From IMG/VR virus record IMGVR_UViG_3300029705_006902, positions 10,709 to 74,708 of that record: 64,000 nt of DNA. One strand, written 5' to 3'. The translations under genes and the position numbers were made by a program. This document shows positions 8,252 through 18,122 of this stretch, piece after piece (positions within the stretch are counted from its first letter, which is position 1; the number at the start of each line of letters is the position of its first letter). Source of the DNA: a virus (lineage: Duplodnaviria; Caudoviricetes). The notes beneath the pieces are model-generated. The model had not been told where the DNA came from. It searched no databases and saw only the letters and a list, made by a program, of their open reading frames with translations.

Positions 8252-10150
8252 ATGTTAAACAGTTCAAAACGGCTGCTCAAAGCCGAGCAGAAAGAAAAAA
8301 TCAGGCAGAGATATAGGGGCATGGACACATCCAATATGGAAGTAATTCCGGCTGAAGCTGCTCCCGATTTTTATGATGAAAAATTTAAACGAGTGGCAGT
8401 ATATGTTCGTGTTTCGACAGATAATATCCAACAAACCACCTCATTTGAAATTCAAAAGAATTACTATGAAGACATGGTTGACAAGCACGATAACTGGGCC
8501 TTGGTAGACATCTATGCCGATGAAGGTATTTCAGGTACTTCTTTGATGCATCGAGAGGCTTTTAATCAGATGATTGATGACTGCAAAGCTGGAAAAATCG
8601 ATTTGATAATTACAAAGAGCGTGTCCCGTTTCGCGAGAAATATCGTTGATTGCATTAGAATTGTAAGAGAGCTGTCCGAGATGAGAGACCCGGTTGGCGT
8701 TTTCTTTGAGACGGAGCACATATTTACTTTAAAAGAAGACACCGAAATGACGCTCTCGTTTCAAGCGGCTATGGCACAGGAGGAGTCTCATGCAAAGAGC
8801 CGCATAATGAACTCCTCATTAGAGATGCGATTTAGCCATGGTATTTTGTTGACCCCCGAACTTTATGGTTACCGCCATAACGAAGAAGGCAAATTGATAA
8901 TTTGTGAGGAAGAGGCACCCGTTGTACGATTAATTTTCTTTATGTATCTTTATGGTTATACGAGTCAGCAGATAGCTGATACACTAACTAAACTTGAAAT
9001 ATTAACCCCAAAAGGAAAAAGTGAATGGGCGTCAGGAACTGTTCTTGGAATTCTCCGCAATGAAAGACATTGTGGCGATGTTTTAACAAGAAAAACATAT
9101 ACACCTAATTATCTAAATCATAAATCTGTCAAAAACAGAGGAAATAAGACGCAGCATCTATGGAGAGAGCAACACGAGGGCATCGTTTCTCGTGACGATT
9201 TTATTGCCGTGCAGCACTTAATTAATAATGCTAAATACGGAAACAAAGGAATTCTGCCCGAATTAAAAGTAATCTCAAGCGGTGCATTAAAAGGATTTGT
9301 ATCCATTAATCCCCGATGGGGAGGTTTCACACGGGACGATTATTACGAGGCATCTGCGAGCGTTGTTCCGGATACCCCTACGCAAGATGAACCAATACAG
9401 GTAACTGCTAAATCAGGTGAGTTTGATTTGCGTGGTTTTGAAATTGCTCGGTCGCAGTTTTTCGATACCCAAGATAAAATGTGCATATCATTTTTCTGCG
9501 ACCATGTCACATTTTCTACATCGTGTATTAAAAAGTTCGACAAAAAAATGTATGTAGAAATCCTTGTCAATCCGGTTCAACATTTACTTGCAGTTCGACC
9601 TTGCGATAAAACTGTGAGGAATGCTCTCAAGTGGTCACGCCTTACCCCCGATGGTGATTATGTTCCGAAAGTAATCAGCGGAGCAGCTTTTATAAAAACC
9701 ATGTATGATTTGTTTGAATGGATCCCGGAATACCGATATCGAATAAGAGGTATAAAGAGAACAAAAGGAGATGAATCTATACTTATATTCGATTTAAAAG
9801 AAACAGAACTTTTCATCCCCAAAGCCGTGCTTGATGCCGAAACCCAAGATGCCGAACATAGCGATGTTACTCCGGTAATGCCTGATGTTCGTGAAAAAGT
9901 CGTAGCATATCCAAATGATTGGGCGGACAGCTTTGGTAGTGATTATTATTTGCACGCCCAAACAAATGAAACCCCTATGTGTATGGATGGCGAGGAAAAA
10001 TGGGAAAAAGCGGATGCAAAAAGCATACCTTTCATGCCAGAATTACAAGTTACGGCACCGAACGATATTGCAAACAATATTCAACAAATAATTAGTGATA
10101 TTAAAAACACAGCTTCCAAAGACGGAGCAGATTTAGGAGGAAATGAATAA
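8252..10150 (+). CDS. Large serine recombinase with atypical C-terminal domain
   Basis: YVRVST catalytic motif, YADEGISGT, SVSRFARN, recombinase domain. No CxxC zinc ribbon; about 250 extra C-terminal aa. Confidence 0.92.
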   Translation: MLNSSKRLLKAEQKEKIRQRYRGMDTSNMEVIPAEAAPDFYDEKFKRVAVYVRVSTDNIQQTTSFEIQKNYYEDMVDKHDNWALVDIYADEGISGTSLMHREAFNQMIDDCKAGKIDLIITKSVSRFARNIVDCIRIVRELSEMRDPVGVFFETEHIFTLKEDTEMTLSFQAAMAQEESHAKSRIMNSSLEMRFSHGILLTPELYGYRHNEEGKLIICEEEAPVVRLIFFMYLYGYTSQQIADTLTKLEILTPKGKSEWASGTVLGILRNERHCGDVLTRKTYTPNYLNHKSVKNRGNKTQHLWREQHEGIVSRDDFIAVQHLINNAKYGNKGILPELKVISSGALKGFVSINPRWGGFTRDDYYEASASVVPDTPTQDEPIQVTAKSGEFDLRGFEIARSQFFDTQDKMCISFFCDHVTFSTSCIKKFDKKMYVEILVNPVQHLLAVRPCDKTVRNALKWSRLTPDGDYVPKVISGAAFIKTMYDLFEWIPEYRYRIRGIKRTKGDESILIFDLKETELFIPKAVLDAETQDAEHSDVTPVMPDVREKVVAYPNDWADSFGSDYYLHAQTNETPMCMDGEEKWEKADAKSIPFMPELQVTAPNDIANNIQQIISDIKNTASKDGADLGGNE

Positions 10151-10857
10151 TGGATACATATATTAATGACCCTGTAGCTTTAGCCTTAAATGAAGAAAAA
10201 GCATCTGATACAAGAATTGAGATTATTGAAGACCCGGATTTTTCATATGAGGGATTCCAAGTTGTTCGTGGCGAGTTTTTTGCTCATATGTATGAGCCAT
10301 CTATAACATTTAATAACTGCAAGGTTTCTTTAAATACTGCGTGTATAAAGAAACTACCTGAGGTTGAGTATGTGCAGATACTTGTAAATCCCGAAACAAT
10401 GAAACTTGCAGTACGCCCCTGTAATGAGGATGATAAAGACTCATTTTTGTGGTGCAACAATAAGAATGGAAAACGCAAACCCAAGCAGATTACTTGCCGT
10501 TTGTTTTTTGCAAAGCTTGTAAGTTTGATGGGTTGGAATCCTAACTACAGATATAAGATGCTCGGCAAAATTATAAAAAGCGGAGATGATTTTCTTATCC
10601 TCTTCGACTTAAATGCAACCGAAATGTATCAGCGAACAGTAAAGGATGATGGTAAAATCAGAACCTCACGCACACCAATTTTTCCTGCTGAATGGCAAGA
10701 TCAGTTCGGTCTTCCGGTTGAAGAGCATCAAAAACTGTTGCAAGTTAATATATTTGATGGTTATACCGTTTTTGGAGTTCAGGAGAAAAAAGAAAACAAC
10801 GCACCCACTGCCGAACTTACAATAGAAAGTATTCCTGAAGGAGGGGAAAATGTATGA
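10150..10857 (+). CDS. Stand-alone paralogue of the recombinase C-terminal domain
   Basis: Alignable by eye to residues ~379-575 of the upstream recombinase (see findings). Confidence 0.75.
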   Translation: MDTYINDPVALALNEEKASDTRIEIIEDPDFSYEGFQVVRGEFFAHMYEPSITFNNCKVSLNTACIKKLPEVEYVQILVNPETMKLAVRPCNEDDKDSFLWCNNKNGKRKPKQITCRLFFAKLVSLMGWNPNYRYKMLGKIIKSGDDFLILFDLNATEMYQRTVKDDGKIRTSRTPIFPAEWQDQFGLPVEEHQKLLQVNIFDGYTVFGVQEKKENNAPTAELTIESIPEGGENV

Positions 10858-11243
10858 CAGCAGGATTACCGGCTTCATTGCTTGTGGATTTTTCAAAATT
10901 CAGAGTTTGCATACATACCAGGGTTCTGTCTGCTTTAGGCAATCCCGATTACATATTGCTTATGGTAAACCCAAACGAAAAGAGTATCGCAATTATGCGA
11001 GGCTCTGAAAAGTTTGCAGACACACATAGAGTTTCGTATAACAAATTGAAAGATGGTCGATGTTGCGAAATTTATAGTCGTTCTTTTGTAAAAAAATTAT
11101 TAGAGGTTTGTCCCGAATGGAGAGTAAAAAGCACCTACAGATTAAGTGGCGATGTGATTCAAGGAAAATCAATAGCTGTATTTTCAATGACAGGTGCGGA
11201 GGAATTACGAGTTAGCAAGGAGGCTGATATTGATGGTCAATGA
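10854..11243 (+). CDS. Shorter paralogue of the same domain
   Basis: Y-I-L-L-M-V-N-P...IAI and W...YRLSG motifs shared; ATGA overlap. Confidence 0.65.
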   Translation: MTAGLPASLLVDFSKFRVCIHTRVLSALGNPDYILLMVNPNEKSIAIMRGSEKFADTHRVSYNKLKDGRCCEIYSRSFVKKLLEVCPEWRVKSTYRLSGDVIQGKSIAVFSMTGAEELRVSKEADIDGQ

Positions 11244-12183
11244 GAGCCTCTATCTTAAAACCAACCCGGAATGGGAGCATTACATTTACCCGCTAACACC
11301 AAAAGAGGTAAAAGACCTACATAAAGAATTGGATGAAAAAGGTTATCAAGGAACTATTAAAGTTTGGAATCTTTATGTCTTAACCGACCATGAGGCCTTT
11401 GAATATTGCAAGAAAAATGATATATCATACCGCATCGAACACATAAAAGCCAAAAATATGGAAGAGGCACTTTTGTGGATTTGCAAATATGAACTTGCAA
11501 ATCGCAAATGGCTCCCTGAAGAAATGAAAAAATATTTGATTGGAAAAAGGTATATTTTTGAAAGGGTTCTTGGTGCTCACTCTCATATGGAAGCGAGAAA
11601 ACTTGCAAATAGGAATCCTAAATATAAACAGCAAATCGGGGGTACAAAGTATGATGAAACTGCAACCAGTACCAGACAAAGAATAGGTGCTGACTACCAC
11701 ATTTCATATGTTACGGTACGAAAATATGGAATTTACGCAGAAATGGTAGATACCATTATGGAAGTTTCGCCTGATTTGGCAAAAGGCATCATCAGCGGAA
11801 ATATTCGCATTTCACACGAAAATATGGAAGCTATCGTTTCTCTGCCCCCCAATGAAATAAGGACAGCAGCGGAAAAAATATTAACCGAGCATAAGAATAA
11901 TAAAAACTATTCAGCACCCCGTGAAATATTATTGCAAACCCCCGGATTTGAGAGTAAAACAATGCCTACAGTTGGCTTGATAAAAAATATGCCAGAATAT
12001 GACCCGGATGCAGAGGTTTCAAGCCTTACTCTGACAATTCCGATGTGGATAAGTTCTGTTAATAGAACTAAGGCAGCAACGGATATGACAAAGGTAAGCG
12101 CCCTGGCAAAAACACGATTAAAAAAAGCATTAAGAGAACTTAATAGTGCTATTCAATCAATGTATTCAGAAATAAAGGAGTAA
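11233..12183 (+). CDS. Degenerate ParB/Srx-like domain protein with HTH
   Basis: RBS AAGGAGG before ATG 11233; PLTPKE...KVWN..VLTDHEAFEYC...EEALLWICKYEL...KKYLIGKRY resembles phage ParB-N proteins, with DGHxR decayed. Confidence 0.6.
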   Translation: MVNESLYLKTNPEWEHYIYPLTPKEVKDLHKELDEKGYQGTIKVWNLYVLTDHEAFEYCKKNDISYRIEHIKAKNMEEALLWICKYELANRKWLPEEMKKYLIGKRYIFERVLGAHSHMEARKLANRNPKYKQQIGGTKYDETATSTRQRIGADYHISYVTVRKYGIYAEMVDTIMEVSPDLAKGIISGNIRISHENMEAIVSLPPNEIRTAAEKILTEHKNNKNYSAPREILLQTPGFESKTMPTVGLIKNMPEYDPDAEVSSLTLTIPMWISSVNRTKAATDMTKVSALAKTRLKKALRELNSAIQSMYSEIKE

Positions 12184-12188
12184 AAACA

Positions 12189-13130
12189 ATGGAAGATAAT
12201 ATCCAAGATTTATTTGAAAATACCGAACCGAGTGAAGATATTCTTGACTTGAGTTTGTTTATTCCCAATGTAAAATTTGAACTTATTCCAATTAAAAATC
12301 TTGTATCAAACCAGGATTATCAAAGAAATCTTTCTACCTCACATATCAGAAGAACCGTTGAGAGTTTTGATATTTATCAAGTAAATCCGGTAAAAGTTAG
12401 TAGGCGTGATGGTATAAATTATGTTTTCAATGGACAGCACACCATCGAAATAATCGCAGCGGTATCAAACTCCCGTGAGACCCCTGTATGGTGTATGGTT
12501 TACGATGATATGGATTACACAATGGAAGCCGATGTTTTTGCAAATCAGCAAAAATGCGTAAAGCCTCTCGTACCATATGAAATCTTTATGGCAAACCTTG
12601 AAGCGGGCAACGATATGCAGCTTATAATAAAAGACCTTGTTGAGTCCTATCAGTTGGTTATTGGGGCTACCAGGGGCATAAATACTATTTGTGCTGTTTC
12701 TTCATTAGAATACATTTATGAAAAATTCGGGTTTCATGTTCTTGACCGTACCCTTCGTCTTACCGTCAGCACTTGGGAAGGTGAACCGTACTCCTTGTCT
12801 TCAAATATGCTTAAAGGCATAGCTCGCCTTATTGTAGCTTTCGGTGACAAGTTGAGAGATGACCTTTTCAAGGATAAAGTTGGTATATATTCAGCGAAGG
12901 ACATTACTCGAACAGCAAAAGAAAGAGCATCCGGCTCTATGGGATATGCCGAGGCTATGCTTTTAGCTTATAATAAAAAGATGCGTTATCCATTGCGTTG
13001 GGCAAACCTATACTCCAACAAAAAGGCACATCTTCAAGAAACCTTTGAGTTTTCTTCTGCAAGTGATGATTATCAAGAAGCAGATGAAGTATCACTTGAT
13101 GACGCAGTTGAGGAGACTTTTGAAGATTGA
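12189..13130 (+). CDS. ParB/Sulfiredoxin-like protein (DUF6551-like)
   Basis: YQRNLS...VKVSRRDGINYVFNGQHT motif. Confidence 0.7.
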   Translation: MEDNIQDLFENTEPSEDILDLSLFIPNVKFELIPIKNLVSNQDYQRNLSTSHIRRTVESFDIYQVNPVKVSRRDGINYVFNGQHTIEIIAAVSNSRETPVWCMVYDDMDYTMEADVFANQQKCVKPLVPYEIFMANLEAGNDMQLIIKDLVESYQLVIGATRGINTICAVSSLEYIYEKFGFHVLDRTLRLTVSTWEGEPYSLSSNMLKGIARLIVAFGDKLRDDLFKDKVGIYSAKDITRTAKERASGSMGYAEAMLLAYNKKMRYPLRWANLYSNKKAHLQETFEFSSASDDYQEADEVSLDDAVEETFED

Positions 13131-13306
13131 AAATAAAGGTTATATTGCCAGTATCAGAGGAGGGAAAAGAAAAACTTTCACGAGCTATATGTAAAGCTCA
13201 TCTTGATATGGTAGTAAAAAACATTAACAAACTAAATATATCTTACGAGCTAAAGCTGAAACTGTTTGATGCCGTTTGTGAAGAAATACAAAGCCGAAAC
13301 AAGTAA
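13127..13306 (+). CDS. Small hypothetical protein (59 aa, not in the ORF track)
   Basis: TTG start overlapping the upstream TGA, AGGAG upstream; MKIKVILPVSEEGKEKLSRAICKAHLDMVV... Confidence 0.5.
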   Translation: MKIKVILPVSEEGKEKLSRAICKAHLDMVVKNINKLNISYELKLKLFDAVCEEIQSRNK

Positions 13307-13441
13307 ATAGCGTTAATACAATGCTATTTGCTTGTTTTATTTCATAAAATATGTTAATCTGTATGTATTAGAACTATAAAGCCATTCCAAGACCTTTTTA
13401 TAGGACAGAGGCTATTATTAAATACTTTCGGAGGTGTTTTT

Positions 13442-13852
13442 ATGAAACTAATTTTTTGTATTGATGACAAGAACGGCTTGATGTTTAATGGCCGCCGACA
13501 GAGCCAAGACCGAGTGTTGCGTGAACGAATTCTTAATTTAGCCACAAACTCACGCCTTTGGATGAGTGATTATTCATCAAGGCAATTTACCGAAGGCGGT
13601 AACATAACAATTGATAATGATTACGTTAATAAGGCAGAAAAAGACGACTACTGTTTTATCGAAGATGGTGGATACAACTTTGAAAACTGTACGGAAATAG
13701 TCCTTTATAACTGGAACCGTCATTATCCTTCTGACATACAGTTTGATTTCGATTTAAAGGCAAATGGATACAAGCGTGTATCTAAAACTGATTTTGCCGG
13801 ATCATCACACAAGAAAATCACAGAAGAAATCTATGTCAGAAAGGATGGTTAA
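13442..13852 (+). CDS. DHFR-fold-like small protein, function unknown
   Basis: RBS GGAGGTG; MKLIFCIDDKNGLMFNGRRQ resembles a DHFR/RibD N-terminal strand-loop. Confidence 0.55.
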   Translation: MKLIFCIDDKNGLMFNGRRQSQDRVLRERILNLATNSRLWMSDYSSRQFTEGGNITIDNDYVNKAEKDDYCFIEDGGYNFENCTEIVLYNWNRHYPSDIQFDFDLKANGYKRVSKTDFAGSSHKKITEEIYVRKDG

Positions 13853-13854
13853 TA

Positions 13855-15171
13855 ATGAAAAAGATAAGTAACACCCTTTCTTCTGCCTTGCAGTGGGCAT
13901 TTGCAGTATTGTGTTTTTTAGGTGTTTTAGTCTATGGTTTTACCTTTGGTAGCTTTTTGATTTTGCTTGCGGGACTTATAGCAATGCCGATTAAGCCTGT
14001 TAGAAAATTCTTGAGAGAAAAACTGAAGGTAAAAACACTCGTTGCTGTTCTTTTATCAATAGTTTTATTCGTTGGTGGCTGTATGGTTATGCCACAGCTT
14101 GAGACGGATGTTCCAATAGATGAAACAACAGTTACTACAACCGAAGAAGAAGAGCCAGCCACCACTGTTGCTCAAACAACCGAAGAGCTAACTTCTGAAG
14201 TTGCAACCACGGAAGAACCAACTACCGAACCAACTACCAAACCAACTACCGAACCAACTACCGAACCAACTACCGAAACAGCAACCTCCTCAATCGTAGC
14301 TAATAAAGAGAACTTAAGTTCAAATAAGGTTTCTGTTGCGGACATCCCCAATTTTTCTGGCAAAGCATATATAGCTGTAAATGGCAACAAACCATATTTC
14401 ACCGAGTCTGAAATAACCTCAAAAGCCTTTGAGACTTATACATCTCTTGACAGTAATGGAAGATGCGGTGTTGCGATGGCTTGCTGTGGTGCAGAAATAA
14501 TGCCGGGGCCCGGTGAAGAAAGAGGTAGCATAAGCAGCATAAAACCGTCCGGTTGGGTTCAAGCTCAATACGATTGTGTAAGTGGTAAATACTTATATAA
14601 CCGCTGTCATCTTATTGGTTGGCAGCTCTCCGCAGAAAATGCAAACAGAAGAAATCTTATAACCGGAACAAAATATCTGAATATTGAGGGTATGCTGCCT
14701 TTTGAAAATATGGTAGCCGACTACATAAACGAAACCGGAAACCACGTTATGTATCGAATAACCCCAATTTTCAAGGGTAACAATCTTGTAGCAAGTGGTG
14801 TGCAAATGGAAGCATACTCTGTCGAAGACGGCGGAGATGGTATTTGCTTTAATGTTTATTGTTATAATGTTCAGCCCGGAGTTGTGATAAACTATGCTAC
14901 GGGCAGTAGCTATCTTGAAGGTGGTTCTTCTGAAACCTCAACAAAAAAAGAAACAACCACTAAGGAAACAACGACAAAGGCCCCCACTACTACAAATAGC
15001 GGTAGCCATAATGTTTCAGCTTCATACATTCTTAATACGAATACGAAAAAAGTTCATTACCCCGGTTGTAGGTCCGTAAAACAAATGGCGGATAAAAATA
15101 AGCAAGAATATAATGGTAGCCTCGATGACATCTTGTCTCGTGGATATACAACTTGTGGGAACTGTTTCTAA
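13855..15171 (+). CDS. Membrane-anchored DNA/RNA non-specific endonuclease (EndA/Sda-like) with C-terminal Zn-binding domain
   Basis: N-terminal TM helices, Thr/Glu linker, NRCHLIG...N catalytic motif, C-terminal NTNTKKVH..GC...CGNC. Confidence 0.88.
   Translation: MKKISNTLSSALQWAFAVLCFLGVLVYGFTFGSFLILLAGLIAMPIKPVRKFLREKLKVKTLVAVLLSIVLFVGGCMVMPQLETDVPIDETTVTTTEEEEPATTVAQTTEELTSEVATTEEPTTEPTTKPTTEPTTEPTTETATSSIVANKENLSSNKVSVADIPNFSGKAYIAVNGNKPYFTESEITSKAFETYTSLDSNGRCGVAMACCGAEIMPGPGEERGSISSIKPSGWVQAQYDCVSGKYLYNRCHLIGWQLSAENANRRNLITGTKYLNIEGMLPFENMVADYINETGNHVMYRITPIFKGNNLVASGVQMEAYSVEDGGDGICFNVYCYNVQPGVVINYATGSSYLEGGSSETSTKKETTTKETTTKAPTTTNSGSHNVSASYILNTNTKKVHYPGCRSVKQMADKNKQEYNGSLDDILSRGYTTCGNCF
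14218..14277 (+). repeat. 12-bp tandem repeat x5 encoding a PTTE linker
   Basis: CCAACTACC(G/A)AA x5. Confidence 0.9.
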
Positions 15172-15176
15172 AACAA

Positions 15177-15207
15177 AGGCTCGATGGTAGAAAATATCAA
15201 CGAGCCT
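15177..15207. terminator. Bidirectional terminator between converging genes
   Basis: AGGCTCG...CGAGCCT stem followed by a T-rich tail. Confidence 0.6.
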
Positions 15208-15215
15208 ATTATTTT

Positions 15216-16796
15216 TTATATAGTAACTTCCGTTCCTCCTTTGAAGAAAAACTGCATCTTCTCATCGTGATATATTACAACCCTGTCAATCATATGTAAC
15301 CACAGCCTTTCATCAAAATCTGTGAGGGGCTCATCGTTTTCTTTTAACTGGAACATAAATGCGCCTATAGCTTCAGCTTGTTCTTCTTTACGCTGCCTTT
15401 CCGCTTCAAGGGATTTAAGGCTTTTTACGGCTTTGGAATGCCTTGTTTCAAGTTTAGAATACTTGTGGGAAAACTCCTCCTGGTCTTGCGCCTTCATAGT
15501 ATTTTCTATTATTGCTTTTTTTATAAGTTCTTCTATTATTTCTATGTCCGAATACAACTCCTCGATTTTTTCATCAATTTCAGTTGTATCGGTTAGTACT
15601 TCTTGCATAATTCTGCAGTTTTCAAGCAGCTCATCACGCTGTGAAAGGAGTTTATTAAAAGCTGTAATAAAGGCAGTACGTATTGCTTCTTCATCCAGGT
15701 GCGATGTGCTGCAATGCTCACCATTTTTGAATTTATTATTACATTGCCATATTGTTCTTCGGTATTTACTGTTAGAGTGCCATACCTTTGAACCATAGTA
15801 ACCACCACAATCACCGCAAACTATGCGAGTTGAAAAAATGCTGTTACCACTGTAACTTTTTCCCATTTCTTTTCTTCTCTTTAATTCCAGTTGAACTGCT
15901 TCGAAGATTTCAGGGGAAACAATAGCTTCGTGGCTGTGTTCAATATAGTACTGCGGAACTTCGCCTTCATTCTTTTTCATTTTTTTCGTAAGGAAATCCA
16001 AGGTATATTCCTTTTGCAATATTGCCGAACCTTTGTATTTTTCATTCTGCAAAATGCTTGAAATTGTGGAAGGACGCCATTTGGTTTTTCCCGCCGGTGT
16101 AGGTATCCCTTCTTGGGTTAAAATATTTGCTATCATACAAGGAGTTTTTCCATTCAAGAATTCCTTGTATATTCTTCTCACAATTACTGCCTGGCTTTCG
16201 TTAACTATTGGAAAATCACCATTACCTTTTTCAAACCCAAGGAAGTGGCTATACGGAAGTGTAACCTTACCATCGGCGAATCGCTTTCTTTGGCCCCAAG
16301 TAATATTCTCGGAAATTGACCTGCTTTCTTCCTGTGCAATTGAGGACATAATTGTTATAAGAAGTTCACCGCTTGTGTCGAGGGTATGGATGTTTTCTTT
16401 TTCAAAAAACACCTCAACACCGATTTCCTTAAGCGTTCTAACGGTTGTAAGAGTATCAACGGTATTTCTTGCGAATCTACTAATTGATTTGGTTACAATG
16501 AGGTCGATTTTGCCTGCTTCAGCATCATCTATCATTTCTTGAAATCCGTATCTCTTTTTAATGTTCGTTCCTGAAATACCCTCATCGGTGTATACTTTTA
16601 CGAAATCCCAGTCTTCATGGGAATTAATATAGTTAGTGTAATAATCTATTTGGGCAACATAACTCGTTTTTTGTTCCTCGCTGTCAGTTGAAACACGAGC
16701 GTAAGCTGCAACCTTTCTTCGTTTGTTTTCAGCTAATAATCTTCTTGTTTTTGGGTCTTTTATGGCTGGTATTATCTGAACTATTCTTTCTTTCAT
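15216..16796 (-). CDS. Large serine recombinase (integrase)
   Basis: YARVST, SISRFARN, recombinase domain, CGDCG zinc ribbon, coiled coil. Confidence 0.95.
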   Translation of the reverse strand: MKERIVQIIPAIKDPKTRRLLAENKRRKVAAYARVSTDSEEQKTSYVAQIDYYTNYINSHEDWDFVKVYTDEGISGTNIKKRYGFQEMIDDAEAGKIDLIVTKSISRFARNTVDTLTTVRTLKEIGVEVFFEKENIHTLDTSGELLITIMSSIAQEESRSISENITWGQRKRFADGKVTLPYSHFLGFEKGNGDFPIVNESQAVIVRRIYKEFLNGKTPCMIANILTQEGIPTPAGKTKWRPSTISSILQNEKYKGSAILQKEYTLDFLTKKMKKNEGEVPQYYIEHSHEAIVSPEIFEAVQLELKRRKEMGKSYSGNSIFSTRIVCGDCGGYYGSKVWHSNSKYRRTIWQCNNKFKNGEHCSTSHLDEEAIRTAFITAFNKLLSQRDELLENCRIMQEVLTDTTEIDEKIEELYSDIEIIEELIKKAIIENTMKAQDQEEFSHKYSKLETRHSKAVKSLKSLEAERQRKEEQAEAIGAFMFQLKENDEPLTDFDERLWLHMIDRVVIYHDEKMQFFFKGGTEVTI

Positions 16797-18097
16797 CTGT
16801 GTGCTCCTTTTCTCATCAATTCAGCTTGTCTTGCTCTTTCTTTCATTTCAGGTGTCCAACTGTCTTTTCGTGAAATAGGGACCCAGGTTTTCGTGACCGC
16901 ATCTCCGTTTTTTAAGAAAAAAACTACTTTATAGTTATTTTCAATTTTAATTTGCTTAATCTGTGCCTTGATGTATTCTTCGTCGAAAAAATCTATACCC
17001 AGGATATCCAAGGTTAAGGTTTTCAGCGTCTCTTCCGGGATAGCCTTTGAAGCACAGATGCTTTTTCCTTTGGTGTTATAAGTGTTGCAAATATAAACTA
17101 CTCTTTTGCTCGTCACTTTTCTTCTATAGGTGTCACCGCAGTTGCCACAAACAAGCAATCCCGAAAAAGTATAAAGGTTCTTTTTTCTTCCCTTTGGTGA
17201 ATGCTTGTCAGCTCTCCGTATTAATTCTGCTTGAACCAGGTCAAATTCTTCCTGGCTGACAATAGCCGGATGACTGTTTTCAACATAATATTGCTGCTTT
17301 TCACCATTGTTATATACTTTTTTCTTTGTGATGTGGTTTTCTATGTATGTTGTCTGCAACATCAAATTTCCGGTATAAGAAAGGTTTTGAAGAATGCACC
17401 TTACGCTTGATTTACCCCAGGGTTTCTCATGTCTTGTTTTTGCTCCTTGTAAATTCAGCGTTTGGGCTATAGCTTCAAGCCCCATACCATCAAGGAAAGA
17501 AGTGAAAATAAACCTTACTGTTTCAGCTTCTTTTGGTTCAATTTCAAATTCACCATTTTTACATCTGTAGCCGAGCATTGTGCAGTTCCAGGGCAGTCCT
17601 TTTTCAAAATTCTGCTTCACCCTCCATTTTTGGTTTTGGCTCACAGAAAGACTCTCTTCCTGGGCAAACGATGCAAGGATGGTGAGGAGCAATTCTCCAG
17701 CACCACTCATTGTATGAATGTTCTGTTCTTCAAAAAACACATCAACACCGAGTTCTTTTAGCTCTCGAACCGTCTGCAATAAGGTCAGCGTATTGCGAGC
17801 AAATCGTGATATGGACTTGGTTACTATCATATCAATTTTTCCTTTTCGGCAGTCATCAATCATCCTCTGAAACCCTTCACGATTAACCTTTGTACCGCTG
17901 ATTGCTTCATCGGTATAAATTCCGGCAAAAGACCATTCGGGGTTGGACTGTATGAAACTGTTATAATAACTGATTTGTGCTGCCAAAGAATGAAGCATTG
18001 CATCTTTACCAGAAGACACCCTGGTATACGCAGCAACTTTCTTTAGCCTTGCAATGCTCAATGTATCAAACGCTACCCGTTCAATTACTCTTTCCAT
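16793..18097 (-). CDS. Large serine recombinase
   Basis: YTRVSS, SISRFARN, CGNCG zinc ribbon; RBS AGGAGGT. Confidence 0.95.
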   Translation of the reverse strand: MERVIERVAFDTLSIARLKKVAAYTRVSSGKDAMLHSLAAQISYYNSFIQSNPEWSFAGIYTDEAISGTKVNREGFQRMIDDCRKGKIDMIVTKSISRFARNTLTLLQTVRELKELGVDVFFEEQNIHTMSGAGELLLTILASFAQEESLSVSQNQKWRVKQNFEKGLPWNCTMLGYRCKNGEFEIEPKEAETVRFIFTSFLDGMGLEAIAQTLNLQGAKTRHEKPWGKSSVRCILQNLSYTGNLMLQTTYIENHITKKKVYNNGEKQQYYVENSHPAIVSQEEFDLVQAELIRRADKHSPKGRKKNLYTFSGLLVCGNCGDTYRRKVTSKRVVYICNTYNTKGKSICASKAIPEETLKTLTLDILGIDFFDEEYIKAQIKQIKIENNYKVVFFLKNGDAVTKTWVPISRKDSWTPEMKERARQAELMRKGAHR

Positions 18098-18122
18098 CAA
18101 AAATCACCTCCTTGGTATGACA

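Larger units (their letters stand above)
2258..13306. mobile_element. Accessory island with serine-recombinase operon (separate element or prophage cargo)
   Basis: Recombinase operon, Xre regulators and phage-like small ORFs; bounded on the left by an att-like IR and the tRNA remnant. Confidence 0.55.

Noticed and set aside
13442-13852. Ribonuclease Z or functional DHFR
   Set aside because: No metallo-beta-lactamase HxHxDH motif; DHFR resemblance is limited to the N-terminus, so activity cannot be asserted.
14218-14277. Short tandem repeats as a possible CRISPR array
   Set aside because: Contiguous 12-bp units without spacers, in frame as a PTTE linker. No CRISPR array or cas operon was seen; DUF2800 is a phage Cas4-like nuclease.
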